Positions 50,059 through 60,081 of a stretch of DNA of 64,000 nt are shown piece by piece. Source of the DNA: Parcubacteria group bacterium Athens0714_16 (GTDB taxonomy: Bacteria > Patescibacteriota > Minisyncoccia > Phycocordibacterales > 21-14-all-36-13); assembly GCA_007376805.1 (NCBI GenBank), contig VMGX01000001.1, positions 70,461 to 134,460 of the forward strand, written 5' to 3'. The notes under the pieces were generated by a model. The model saw only the letters and a list, made by a program, of their open reading frames with translations. It was not told the DNA's origin and made no database searches. Every line of letters begins with the position of its first letter. Within the stretch, counting starts at the first letter, position 1. The translations under genes were made by a program, and so were the position numbers.

Positions 50059-51216
50059 TCACTTGGTGGCTCCGAAACTAAGTGACTCTATTTCTTTTAT
50101 TCTACGAACATGTCTTTCTTCTTTAGAAAACGGTGTGTCCAACCAAAGTTTCGCTACCGTTTTTGCTTCTTCTTCTGTAATAAATCTTGCGCCTAGAGAT
50201 AAAATATTTGCATCGTTGTGTTCACGAGATAATTTTACAACTTCAGTATCTCCACCATAATAAACCGCCGTCCTAACATTTTTAAACCTATCCGATATCA
50301 TAGCTTCCCCCTGTCCAGAACCACCCAAAATTATTCCTTTTGAATTGTCTGGATTATTTGAAATTTCTTTCGCAACGAAAGAAACAAAATCTGTGTAGTC
50401 ATCAGCTTCATCGTATTTATAGGCACCCTTATCAATAACATCATAGCCAAGATTTTTAAGAAATTTTACTAATTTACCCTTCAACTCAAACCCGGCATGG
50501 TCAGTTCCTATAAATATTTTTGTTTTTGTTGTTGTTTTTGATTTGGTTTTTATTCGAGTATCACTTTCTCCATTACCGATAAAATTTTTATACCAAGGCA
50601 TTACTTTTATGTGTTTATGAACATATCTACGATATAGCCAAAATAAAACAACGGCAGATATGATTATAAAAGCCAGAGTATCAAAAAAGTATCTAGAACT
50701 TTTTATCGCTCCGCCAAAATAATAACCAACAGCAATAATTGCACTAACCCACACTAACTGCCCAAAAAAGACACCGGTCATAGCTTTTTTATAACTTGCT
50801 CCGAGAGCCCCGCCTGCTATCAAAACAGCTTCAGGAATACCTGGAATCGGAATTAATTTTGTTACAAGAAGTGTTTTTACTATATGTTCCTTAAATAATG
50901 GTGTCCATTCATTTTCTCCCAACTCATCCTCTGTCTTTATCTTTTTAATAACCTTTCTATAGAAACGAAATTTTTCAAGAAAAGAAAACCCCGATTTGGC
51001 CAGAAAAAAAATTATTGAATCTGTTAAAAGTCTCATTGAAACACAGATAGCAAGAACAATGAAAGGATTAAATACCCCCAGTGACGAAAGTATCCCAGCA
51101 AAAAAAGCGATATATGTGGTATCAACAAGAGATACTATTATGAGAATTGGATAACCATAACTAATAAGCCATTCAAAAACATCTTTTCCTAAAATTACTT
51201 CTTGGCCTGTTATCAT
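50059..51216 (-). CDS. rpiB: DedA-like membrane domain fused to ribose-5-phosphate isomerase B
   Basis: N-terminal TM domain; C-terminal GTDHAG, GGSGQGE, SREHNDAN, RHVRRI. Confidence 0.85.
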   Translation of the reverse strand: MITGQEVILGKDVFEWLISYGYPILIIVSLVDTTYIAFFAGILSSLGVFNPFIVLAICVSMRLLTDSIIFFLAKSGFSFLEKFRFYRKVIKKIKTEDELGENEWTPLFKEHIVKTLLVTKLIPIPGIPEAVLIAGGALGASYKKAMTGVFFGQLVWVSAIIAVGYYFGGAIKSSRYFFDTLAFIIISAVVLFWLYRRYVHKHIKVMPWYKNFIGNGESDTRIKTKSKTTTKTKIFIGTDHAGFELKGKLVKFLKNLGYDVIDKGAYKYDEADDYTDFVSFVAKEISNNPDNSKGIILGGSGQGEAMISDRFKNVRTAVYYGGDTEVVKLSREHNDANILSLGARFITEEEAKTVAKLWLDTPFSKEERHVRRIKEIESLSFGATK

Positions 51217-51344
51217 TTACCCTGTTAAACAAAATTTGAACATTTTCAAATTTTAATTTTAAATTATTTTTTTAAAAACATAGACTTTTATCTTTCTAAT
51301 TTTTGTAGAGCATACACCACACATATTACAAACCCTATTTAAAA

Positions 51345-52100
51345 TTATTTCGCTTTATTTTCAGTTTCACCAAATTTTTCAAACGCCCTAAGTACTTCCA
51401 ATGGAACAGCAAATACGACCGTATTTGATTGATCGGAACTTATATCATTTATTGATTGTAATGTTCGTAAATGTAACGCACCCGTTGATCCAGAAAGTAT
51501 GTTCGCAGCTTTTGCCATATTTTTTGCCGACATAACTTCTCCCTCAGCCTTTATAATAACAGCACGCCTTTCTCTTTCTGCTTCTGCTTGTTTTCCTATT
51601 ATTCTTTCCATGTCCGGTGGCAAAACAACATCTTTCAATTCAACATCATCAACTCTTATGCCCCAAGCATCACTCGCCTTACTAACAATGCTTTTTATTT
51701 TTTCAGAAACTTTTTCTCTCTGACCCAGAAGTTCATCTAATTCTACTTCCCCAACAACATTTCGCATTGTTGTTTGTGCTAATTGAGATACTGCGTGATA
51801 AAAATTTTCAACTTCCAAAATCGCTTTTGATACATCTGAAACTTTATAATAAATAACAGCCGTGACTCCAACCGGGATATTATCTTTTGTTATTGCTTTT
51901 TGTTCCGGCACTTCAACGGCCTTAACTCGCACATCAACTATTTTTAATTTTTGAAATATAGGAACAACCAATCTCCACCCGGGCTGTTTAATGCCCGTAT
52001 ACTTGCCAAGCTTAAACATAACCCCTCTTTCATATTGGTTAACTTGTTTTATAAACAAAAACAGAAGCGCTATGATTATTAAAATAAAGAAATAAAACAT
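51345..52100 (-). CDS. SPFH/stomatin (slipin) family protein
   Basis: TM, YERGV, TKDN, QTTMR, AEAERERRA, LRTLQ. Confidence 0.93.
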   Translation of the reverse strand: MFYFFILIIIALLFLFIKQVNQYERGVMFKLGKYTGIKQPGWRLVVPIFQKLKIVDVRVKAVEVPEQKAITKDNIPVGVTAVIYYKVSDVSKAILEVENFYHAVSQLAQTTMRNVVGEVELDELLGQREKVSEKIKSIVSKASDAWGIRVDDVELKDVVLPPDMERIIGKQAEAERERRAVIIKAEGEVMSAKNMAKAANILSGSTGALHLRTLQSINDISSDQSNTVVFAVPLEVLRAFEKFGETENKAK

Positions 52101-52396
52101 AAATTAAAATTATATTATTTAATAACATAATTATAACACGAAAAAGCGTTTGTAAACCAAGAGTTTCAAAGACAAAAAAAGACCAAATTCTCATTAAAAA
52201 TAAGAATTTTATAGATATATTCCCTTATTTTCTTAAGAGTATATTAAATAAAGTTATGACAACACTAAAGCATCCTGATAAAAATGCAATTCTTGTGGGT
52301 CTATCTGTAATAAATTTTTTCATATTTTTGTTGCTATATTACTATTACATATATATTTTACACCAAACTCAAAATAAGAAATAGTGCAACTGTTAA

Positions 52397-53071
52397 TTAC
52401 TTTGCTCTCGGCCAAATTGTATTCGCCCTTGGATAAATCTTTGTTAGGGGATGTGTTTTGCAGTCGTGTTTTCTTGCTCCACAGATTTCTTGTCCATATC
52501 TTACAAGTTTGAAAGAAAAATCATTCCAATATTTTTTTGGCAAAATTTCCATTAAGTCTTTTTCTATTTTTTCTGGATTTTTGTTATCAGTTAAATCAAA
52601 TTTAATTGATAATCTCCTGACGTGTGTATCCACAACGATCCCTTCAACAACATTAAAAACATTATTCAATACCACATTTGCCGTCTTTCTCCCAACTCCC
52701 GGAATTTTGAGCAAATCTTCCATATTATTTGGAATATGACCACTAAAATCTATTTTTATCATTTTTGCTGCTGATAAAATATTTTTTGTTTTATTTTTAT
52801 AATATCCAGTTGATTTTATATCTTTTTCAAACTCCGTTTTTTTGGCACTAACATAATCATCTAATTTTTTATACTTTTTAAATAATTTTTTTGTAACCAT
52901 ATTAACTCTCTTGTCTGTACATTGGGCAGACAAAATAACAGAAACCAATAGTTCCCAATTATTTTTATAACCAAGAGATGTTCCTTGTTCGTCTATAAAT
53001 AGTCTATTCAAAACTTTGGCTATTTTTATAGCCCTATTCTTTCGTTCCTTGAATTTTTTCGATGCCATCAT
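52397..53071 (-). CDS. nth: Endonuclease III
   Basis: ILSAQCTD, HhH IPGVGRKTAN, VDTHV. Confidence 0.93.
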   Translation of the reverse strand: MMASKKFKERKNRAIKIAKVLNRLFIDEQGTSLGYKNNWELLVSVILSAQCTDKRVNMVTKKLFKKYKKLDDYVSAKKTEFEKDIKSTGYYKNKTKNILSAAKMIKIDFSGHIPNNMEDLLKIPGVGRKTANVVLNNVFNVVEGIVVDTHVRRLSIKFDLTDNKNPEKIEKDLMEILPKKYWNDFSFKLVRYGQEICGARKHDCKTHPLTKIYPRANTIWPRAK

Positions 53072-53528
53072 TTCTTTTTCTAAAATTAACAAAAAATATA
53101 ATACCAAAAATTAATAAAGAAACAGAAAGAAAAGTAGACAACAAACAATATGTACAAAGTGCCTTAATAACAAAAATTTGTAAATAAACAAACCATATGG
53201 ACATTAAAAAACCAACGATAGAAAAAACTGATAAATATTTCAAAACAATTTCTTTTCTTTTGACAAAAGAAAACACGGCAAAGCAGAAAATAGAAAAATA
53301 ATACAGAAAACCCAAAATTGGAACCGGAATGCCTAAAATCACAGAATATTGACTGGTCAAAACAATGTCACATCCTTCAACCAAAAGACACAACGCAGGA
53401 TTACCTTTGAAATGTTCTACAGTAAGAAAAACAGAATCAATGATTCCCACAAAACTAAGAACCATAAATAAAATTATTATAAAAACAAAAAACTTATTCC
53501 ATATTTTGTCGTCGGTTTTGTTCATCAT
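53034..53528 (-). CDS. Vitamin K epoxide reductase family protein
   Basis: C....GCD.VL.S.Y and CTYC motifs. Confidence 0.9.
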   Translation of the reverse strand: MMNKTDDKIWNKFFVFIIILFMVLSFVGIIDSVFLTVEHFKGNPALCLLVEGCDIVLTSQYSVILGIPVPILGFLYYFSIFCFAVFSFVKRKEIVLKYLSVFSIVGFLMSIWFVYLQIFVIKALCTYCLLSTFLSVSLLIFGIIFFVNFRKRNDGIEKIQGTKE

Positions 53529-53536
53529 ATTTTTTA

Positions 53537-54712
53537 TTAGAGAGAAAGAATTGACTTTTGAAAAATTTCTTCTACTTCATCCGTTGTAATCACTCCAACT
53601 TTTACAGGTAAGGTGCCATCTTCAATAAAACCGTCAACGTCCAGTGTATTCTTATTTTTTTGCTTATCAATTTTTATTCCAAGATATTCCATTTCTGAAC
53701 ATATTTTTGAGCGGATTATATCAGATCCTTCACCTATGGCTCCTGAAAAAATTAGCATATCCAAACCATTCAACAGAGCAGAATAAGCACCTATAAATTC
53801 TTTCACATCACCAGAATATATATCTAAAGTAAGAATAGCATTTTTATCCCCACTTTCTGCTAAACTTACAATTTTTCTGGTATCTCCCTGCCCGCTAAGA
53901 CCAAGTAAACCACATTTTGTATTTAAATAATTTTCTAATTCCTCAAAATTTAAATTTTCTTTTTTGGCAAAATAAATCAAAGCCCCCGGATCTATATTCC
54001 CCACCCTTGTTCTCATTGTGAGACCTTCCAGTGGAGTAAATCCCATTGAAGTATTAAAACTTTTCCCATTTTTTACTGCTGTAACACTCGAACCACTCCC
54101 AAGGTGACAAATTATTATATTTTGGGGAACCTTTTTTTCTTTTTGTTCAATCTTTCTAATTATTGAGCTCGCCGATATTCCGTGGTATCCATATCTGCGA
54201 ATATCATATTTCTCTGTATCTGATTTTTTAATGCTGTAATATCTGAAACGCTCCAACATATCAACATGAAACTTACTATCAGAAACCCCAATCAATTTAC
54301 TTTTCCCAAACTCTTTCATCAAATATTCAATTTCTTTTATAACTGGTTCTATATGAAGAGGAGCGCTTTCTTTTACATTAATTAATTCTTTTAGATATTT
54401 ATCATCAATAATTTTGTCTTCTAAAAAATGTCTACCGGGAGCAACAATTCTTAACCCAATTGTGTTTATATCTTTTTTATTTTGCAAAATATTTTTTTCT
54501 TTTAAAAAATTAAAAAAATACTCCGTTGAGTTTAAAAAATCTTTTTCTACTATGGCAATTTTTTCTTTGGAACCCTTGTGTGTTATTGATAACGAAAAAT
54601 TATTATCACAACATCTCTCAAAATGTGTGTAAGCCACTTTTTCATCACCAATATAAAAACCATGTCTCTTTGAAACACTTCCTGCATTTATAATTAATGT
54701 TTTTTTATCCAT
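53537..54712 (-). CDS. ackA: Acetate kinase
   Basis: INAGS, APLH, RRYGYHGIS, HLGSG, TSMGFTPLEG. Confidence 0.93.
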   Translation of the reverse strand: MDKKTLIINAGSVSKRHGFYIGDEKVAYTHFERCCDNNFSLSITHKGSKEKIAIVEKDFLNSTEYFFNFLKEKNILQNKKDINTIGLRIVAPGRHFLEDKIIDDKYLKELINVKESAPLHIEPVIKEIEYLMKEFGKSKLIGVSDSKFHVDMLERFRYYSIKKSDTEKYDIRRYGYHGISASSIIRKIEQKEKKVPQNIIICHLGSGSSVTAVKNGKSFNTSMGFTPLEGLTMRTRVGNIDPGALIYFAKKENLNFEELENYLNTKCGLLGLSGQGDTRKIVSLAESGDKNAILTLDIYSGDVKEFIGAYSALLNGLDMLIFSGAIGEGSDIIRSKICSEMEYLGIKIDKQKNKNTLDVDGFIEDGTLPVKVGVITTDEVEEIFQKSILSL

Positions 54713-54747
54713 ATTTTTGTTTTGTTGTTTTGTTGATTTAGTGATTT

Positions 54748-57105
54748 CTATGATTGCCCCCACTTCCAATTTTCTATTTCTTCCATATCAACTCCGTGTT
54801 TTTTTATATATTCTGTATGTTCTAATAACTTATTTTCATATTTTTTAACAAGCTCATCTGCTTTGTTTTTTTCTATATTTCCTTTTTGACTTAGTTTTCT
54901 AAATACATCCATTGCCAAATTAAATCTATCTGTTTTGTTTCTTACATGCATATCAAAAGGTGTTGTTGTTGAACCATTTTCTACATAACCACGGATTATA
55001 AATCTTTCTGAATCAACGCCATAATCAAATAAAATTTGTTTCATTGATTGTGGATATCCGTGAAAATTTATTATCACAGGTTTATCAGTTGTAAAATATT
55101 CATCAAATTCCTTTTTAGAAACTATTTTACCAGTTGGGCCCAAACCAGTTGGCGACATTGCCATTATATTTACAAATCTAATTTTGATTTGTGGTAATTC
55201 TTTTTTTATAACATCAACAGATGCAAGAGCTTCTGTGGTTAAGTAATCCCCAACCGAAGTTATAACAATGTTTGGATTTTCATCACTAGCAAAATCCCAA
55301 ATCATTATTCCATTTTCCAATTCTTTTTTGGCTAAATTTGGTGTGAGCCACCTAGGTTCTACTTTTTTACCAGCAACTAAAATATTTATTTCATTTTTTG
55401 ATGACAACATTTTTTCAAGAACAGCTAGCGTGCTATTTCCATCCGGTGGAAAATATACATTTACAAAATCTTCTTGTCTCTGCAACATATCATCTATAAA
55501 TCCAGGATTTTGGTGTGAAAAACCATTATGTTCCTGTCTCCAACCAGATGAAGTTAAAATGTAGTTAAACGAAGAAATATCTCCACGCCATTTTGTTTTT
55601 CTCGCTATTTTCAAAAACTTTGCATATTGATCAGCCATACTTGAAACAATCTGTATAAATGCTTCGTATGATGCAAAAATTCCATGTCTTTTTGTTAGAA
55701 CATATCCTTGCATTAAACCTTGTAAAGAGTGTTCACTTAACATTTCCATAACTCTGCCATCTTGTTTTAAATCTTTGTCCCAACTTTCTACTGGCCATAC
55801 AAAAGCTCTTGATGTGGTTTTGAAAACTTCATCAAGTTTATTTGAATATGTTTCATCGGGAGAAAATAAACGAAAATTTTTATTTTTTTCATTTAATTTA
55901 AAAACTTCATTTAAATACAAACCGGCTCTTCTCATCGAACTTGAACCAATTGTTCCTGGGATCGAGGAATCCTCACTAAATTTATCCACTTCCGGAAGTT
56001 TTAATGATTTGTATTCCGTCCTGTCCCCCATACAATATTTACTATCCCCCATTCTCAATTTTTTATCAGGAATTATTTCTTTTATTTCTTCACAAAAACC
56101 ATTTTTCTTATCAAATAATTCACCAAAATTATATGATTTTAACCAATTTTCAATTGCTTTGAGAGTTTCTGGATTTTCTTTTGCATCCGGACCAATAACT
56201 TGATGTGATAAACAATTTCCTTCTATTTTTTGTCCGTCCAATTCTTTTATTCCTGTCCATCCTTTTAGTGTTTTCAAAATTATCATCGGAAATCTTGGGG
56301 GAATAATTTCTTTTTCATTTCTTGCTTGATTTTGTATTTCCTTTATTTTTTTATAACAACCATTTAATGTTTCAAACATTTTTTCATAAACATTTTCTAC
56401 ATCATTCCATCCATCAACAATAAACGGTTCGTAACCATAACCACTAAAAAGATTTGTAAGCTCTTCGTTAGACATTCTCCCAAAAACAGTTGGCCCTGAA
56501 ATTTTATATCCATTTAAATGAAGAATAGGTAAAACTGCACCATTTGTTTTTGGATCAACAAATTTATTTAAATGCCATGCAGTTGCAGTTGGGCCAGTTT
56601 CAGCTTCCCCATCTCCTATAAGGGCACATGTTATTAGGTCTGGATTGTCTAAAACTGAGCCATAAGCAGTTGATAACGCATATCCAAGCTCTCCTCCTTC
56701 CAAAATGACTCCAGGGGTCTCTGGGTTGCTGTGACTTGGAAATCCATATGGCCAAGAAAAATTTTTAGAAATATACCCAACGCCTTTTTCGTCTCGTGTA
56801 GCTTCGGAATAATATTTTTCTAACGTTCCTTCAATAAATAAATTTGATTGAAGTGCCGGAAATCCGTGTCCGGGACCAAGAATAAATAAAACATCGTTTG
56901 AATATTTTTTTACAAGTGCATTCAAATTTGCGTAGACAAAATTTATTCCTGGACAAGAACCCCAATGACCAAGCAAACGAGGTTTTATATCTTCGAGCTT
57001 TAATTCTCTCTCTAAAAGAAAATTGTCTTGTAAATAAATTTGAACAGCAGACAGGTAATTCGCCACTCTTGTGTATTTTTTTATTGATTCAATTGTATTA
57101 TTCAT
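54748..57105 (-). CDS. xfp: Xylulose-5-P/fructose-6-P phosphoketolase
   Basis: LLGHWG, GPGHG, EGGELGY, GDGEAETGP, SPDET, HNGFSHQ. Confidence 0.95.
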   Translation of the reverse strand: MNNTIESIKKYTRVANYLSAVQIYLQDNFLLERELKLEDIKPRLLGHWGSCPGINFVYANLNALVKKYSNDVLFILGPGHGFPALQSNLFIEGTLEKYYSEATRDEKGVGYISKNFSWPYGFPSHSNPETPGVILEGGELGYALSTAYGSVLDNPDLITCALIGDGEAETGPTATAWHLNKFVDPKTNGAVLPILHLNGYKISGPTVFGRMSNEELTNLFSGYGYEPFIVDGWNDVENVYEKMFETLNGCYKKIKEIQNQARNEKEIIPPRFPMIILKTLKGWTGIKELDGQKIEGNCLSHQVIGPDAKENPETLKAIENWLKSYNFGELFDKKNGFCEEIKEIIPDKKLRMGDSKYCMGDRTEYKSLKLPEVDKFSEDSSIPGTIGSSSMRRAGLYLNEVFKLNEKNKNFRLFSPDETYSNKLDEVFKTTSRAFVWPVESWDKDLKQDGRVMEMLSEHSLQGLMQGYVLTKRHGIFASYEAFIQIVSSMADQYAKFLKIARKTKWRGDISSFNYILTSSGWRQEHNGFSHQNPGFIDDMLQRQEDFVNVYFPPDGNSTLAVLEKMLSSKNEINILVAGKKVEPRWLTPNLAKKELENGIMIWDFASDENPNIVITSVGDYLTTEALASVDVIKKELPQIKIRFVNIMAMSPTGLGPTGKIVSKKEFDEYFTTDKPVIINFHGYPQSMKQILFDYGVDSERFIIRGYVENGSTTTPFDMHVRNKTDRFNLAMDVFRKLSQKGNIEKNKADELVKKYENKLLEHTEYIKKHGVDMEEIENWKWGQS

Positions 57106-57198
57106 TAGTATAATAATAACATTTTTTTAATTTAACAAAAATAAATAAAAAAGGTGCGTTAGTAAAAACTAACGCACCAAGAGAAAAAGAAAAAAGGA

Positions 57199-57975
57199 TT
57201 AAGGTAAAGAAAGAAATAGCTGACGAGGACCATCGTACGGATGCGTACGGTCAACATTGTCAGAGTCAGCGCACAGCTCCGCATCACCATCAAACCAGCT
57301 GCCAATCACGAGATAGCCGTCGAACCATAAAGATGAAGTCCGTGTCCAACCATTTCTGTCCATAAAATAACCCTTCGTGAATCTGTGAAAACCTGTAGCA
57401 CGAAGGTACTCACGATATTTCATGAATTGTATTTTTTTCTCAATTGTCGTGTTATACGACATATTAAGCAAATCTGGTTCATCTCCGCCCTTGTGAGCAA
57501 AGACAACTAAACCAGATTGAAGTGTACGAACTTGTAGTTTTTCAGACTCACGGTCAATGTTTTTAGCAACCGGATTTTTGTATTTGTATAGATTTACAGG
57601 ACTGTCCGGTTTGTTAAAGAATTTCTGTATGCAATCCATGATTTGGTCTTCATATTGCGACAAATCGTCAACCATAATTACTGGAAAGTCTGGATTTTCT
57701 GGAAATGTTATTCCAGACAAATCCAGCGTGATTCCATATACTTCTTGGTAGTATTTTTCAAGAAGTGGGAGTTGGGTGAGGATTGATTCAGATTGAAATG
57801 GGATATTAAGTTTTTTACAAACATCAGTTAAAAGTTTCCTTGTTTGCGTTTTATTACTTAATATTTTTTTCGCAAGATCAAAAGGTATGTTTTGAAATAC
57901 TCTCCCAAATTCGTGCTGAAGATCCAACACCTGTTGGGTTGTTGCTTTTTTAGGGCTTGTTCCATGTCTTTCCAT
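57199..57975 (-). CDS. DGR-target-like protein 2
   Basis: GC-richer, NNY-codon-rich C-terminus DGYLVIGSWFDGDAELCADSDNVDRTHPYDGPRQ; downstream hairpin 57153-57178. Confidence 0.6.
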   Translation of the reverse strand: MERHGTSPKKATTQQVLDLQHEFGRVFQNIPFDLAKKILSNKTQTRKLLTDVCKKLNIPFQSESILTQLPLLEKYYQEVYGITLDLSGITFPENPDFPVIMVDDLSQYEDQIMDCIQKFFNKPDSPVNLYKYKNPVAKNIDRESEKLQVRTLQSGLVVFAHKGGDEPDLLNMSYNTTIEKKIQFMKYREYLRATGFHRFTKGYFMDRNGWTRTSSLWFDGYLVIGSWFDGDAELCADSDNVDRTHPYDGPRQLFLSLP

Positions 57976-58140
57976 GGTCTGTTCTCCTTTTTTTTATTTA
58001 AAAAATTATTTAAAAGAGCTTATTTGAAATATAAATATTCCAAAACTCTCTACAATAGATAATAGCACAACAAAATTAATTTGTCAAAAACTTTTGCAAA
58101 TCAAAAAAACCACGATTTTATTCGTGGCTTTTTGTTAAAG

Positions 58141-58566
58141 TTACTTTATTGTTACATCAAATACCTTTTGGTCTACTGGGGCAACATCTATCTCCCATTC
58201 ACGTAGATAATAGAAATTAATTTTTGTATCCCCTGTTTTCAAGGTCTTGAATTGAAATTTTTCTGTTCCACCCGCTCCTACGATTTGTTCATCTCCATTT
58301 TGTTCTTGTTGTACAAAATTTTTGTTTACAAATTCTATATAATTTTCATCAAAATCTGAAACCCACGAATAACCAGTCGTTGGATTTGATTCAAGAAGAA
58401 TTTCAAAATTTTCTCCAATTTTAACTTCTATATCATTTACAACATTTTCAATTGTATTATTGATTGTTTCTTCTTCTAAACCCTTTTTGTCAGAATAAAA
58501 AAACATCGAACCAAAAATAATTATCGCCAACGCAAAATATATATATATTGTTTTTTTGTTTTCCAT
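58141..58566 (-). CDS. Chagasin/I42 cysteine-protease-inhibitor family protein
   Basis: NPTTGYSW, GAGG, REWE motifs. Confidence 0.9.
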   Translation of the reverse strand: MENKKTIYIYFALAIIIFGSMFFYSDKKGLEEETINNTIENVVNDIEVKIGENFEILLESNPTTGYSWVSDFDENYIEFVNKNFVQQEQNGDEQIVGAGGTEKFQFKTLKTGDTKINFYYLREWEIDVAPVDQKVFDVTIK

Positions 58567-58625
58567 ATTGAAACGTAGATTACCGCAAATAAAAACGCAA
58601 ATCCACGCAGATTAAATAAAATTAA

Positions 58626-58916
58626 TTCACCCTGTTAAATAAGACTTGAGACGATTTTTAATAAACATTTTTCCCAAGTGTGTTTTCAAGTATTTTTCTC
58701 TATGTGTAGCATCGTCCCGACCTAGACATGCTTCATAGTATATCAATTTTATAGGTATTCTGTTCTTTGTTGATTCTACGAGTCCTTTTTTATGCTTCTC
58801 AAGTCTTAATTTTAAATCTTTTGTATACCCCGTATAAAACTTTTTATCTTTACTCGATTTTAATACATAAACATAATACATATCACCTTTGATTAAAAAT
58901 TATTTAACAGGGTAAA
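58626..58916. mobile_element. 291-bp element with 17-bp terminal inverted repeats encoding a GIY-YIG nuclease
   Basis: TTCACCCTGTTAAATAA ... TTATTTAACAGGGTAAA (16/17 match). Confidence 0.7.
58627..58881 (-). CDS. Small stand-alone GIY-YIG nuclease
   Basis: YYVYVL..FYTGYT.DL..RL..H, REKYLK. Confidence 0.92.
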   Translation of the reverse strand: MYYVYVLKSSKDKKFYTGYTKDLKLRLEKHKKGLVESTKNRIPIKLIYYEACLGRDDATHREKYLKTHLGKMFIKNRLKSYLTG

Positions 58917-60071
58917 GTAATAAAGACCCATCGCAATTAAAATAACACCTTCTACTAATGTCGCCCATTTTGTAAATTTAGGTGATGTTAACCATATATC
59001 CATTTTATATATTGCAATAAGAAATACGATTATTTCATCTATTAAATAAAATACAATAAATATACCTATATAAAACAACGTGCCAAAATTTGAGATTCCT
59101 CTTTCAGCTAAAATACCCGCAAAAGAAACAGGGACTGCTGCTGAACAAGGAAATTCAATTAAAGTAACCAAACCAGAAAATACAACCACACCGAGAAGTA
59201 TCTGCAAAACCTTGTTTGTCTCACCAAACATATTTTTAATTTTTGTTGCCGCTGATGAAATAATTTTTGAATCAGACGATTCACAAACCAAGCCCTGTTT
59301 TCTAATTCTTATAAATTCTTTTATAAAATAAATCCCGCCAGCCAATCCAACAAACCCAACCACCAATTCAATTGTTTGGATGTAAGAACTAACTAAAACA
59401 AAGAGACGGTGCCAGAGAATAATCAATAAACCATAAACAAGGGCCGTAACAACAAGATATGCTCCTCCATATAAAATTATTTTCTTTCTCGAACGAAGTT
59501 TGAGAACAAGCCCAAGTATTAAAATAAGTGCACCAAGCGAACACACGTTCACACCGTCAAGTGTCCCAAGAACGACCGAGAGTGCCACAAGAGAATAATT
59601 TTTTACATTAATTTTCCCTAAAATTGGTAAATTTACAGACGAATCCTTAGCTCCGTCTTCGGTTTTAATAACGCCCGTAGTTTTTAATTGATTTTGAATT
59701 GATGTCTCTATATCTTTTCCTATTTTATCTTCTGAATCAAAACCGGCAAAAAAATCTTTCCCTACAAATGTAAGTGGAACAACACCAAAATATTCCCCCT
59801 TTTTAATTTCTTCCAATTTTTTAAACATCGGACTTATATTTGCCTCAATATCAACTGCGTATCTGTTTATTATAAGTCCTTCATATTTCCCTTCTATTTT
59901 GTCTAAAAATGCATTTTCCGCAATACAGTGTGGACATGTTTCACTATAATAGAAATCCAAATTTAATTCTGATTTTATTTCTTGTGCATGAACACGACCA
60001 AAAGAAATAAAAAATAAACCCAGAATTAAGCTGAGGGCAAAAAAAACAAAAAATTTATCCTTGAATTTCAT
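58893..60071 (-). CDS. Glutaredoxin-like (CPHC) + CcdA-like membrane protein
   Basis: CPHC, DGVNVCS, EFPCSA. Confidence 0.8.
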   Translation of the reverse strand: MKFKDKFFVFFALSLILGLFFISFGRVHAQEIKSELNLDFYYSETCPHCIAENAFLDKIEGKYEGLIINRYAVDIEANISPMFKKLEEIKKGEYFGVVPLTFVGKDFFAGFDSEDKIGKDIETSIQNQLKTTGVIKTEDGAKDSSVNLPILGKINVKNYSLVALSVVLGTLDGVNVCSLGALILILGLVLKLRSRKKIILYGGAYLVVTALVYGLLIILWHRLFVLVSSYIQTIELVVGFVGLAGGIYFIKEFIRIRKQGLVCESSDSKIISSAATKIKNMFGETNKVLQILLGVVVFSGLVTLIEFPCSAAVPVSFAGILAERGISNFGTLFYIGIFIVFYLIDEIIVFLIAIYKMDIWLTSPKFTKWATLVEGVILIAMGLYYFTLLNNF

Positions 60072-60081
60072 AGTATTAAGT

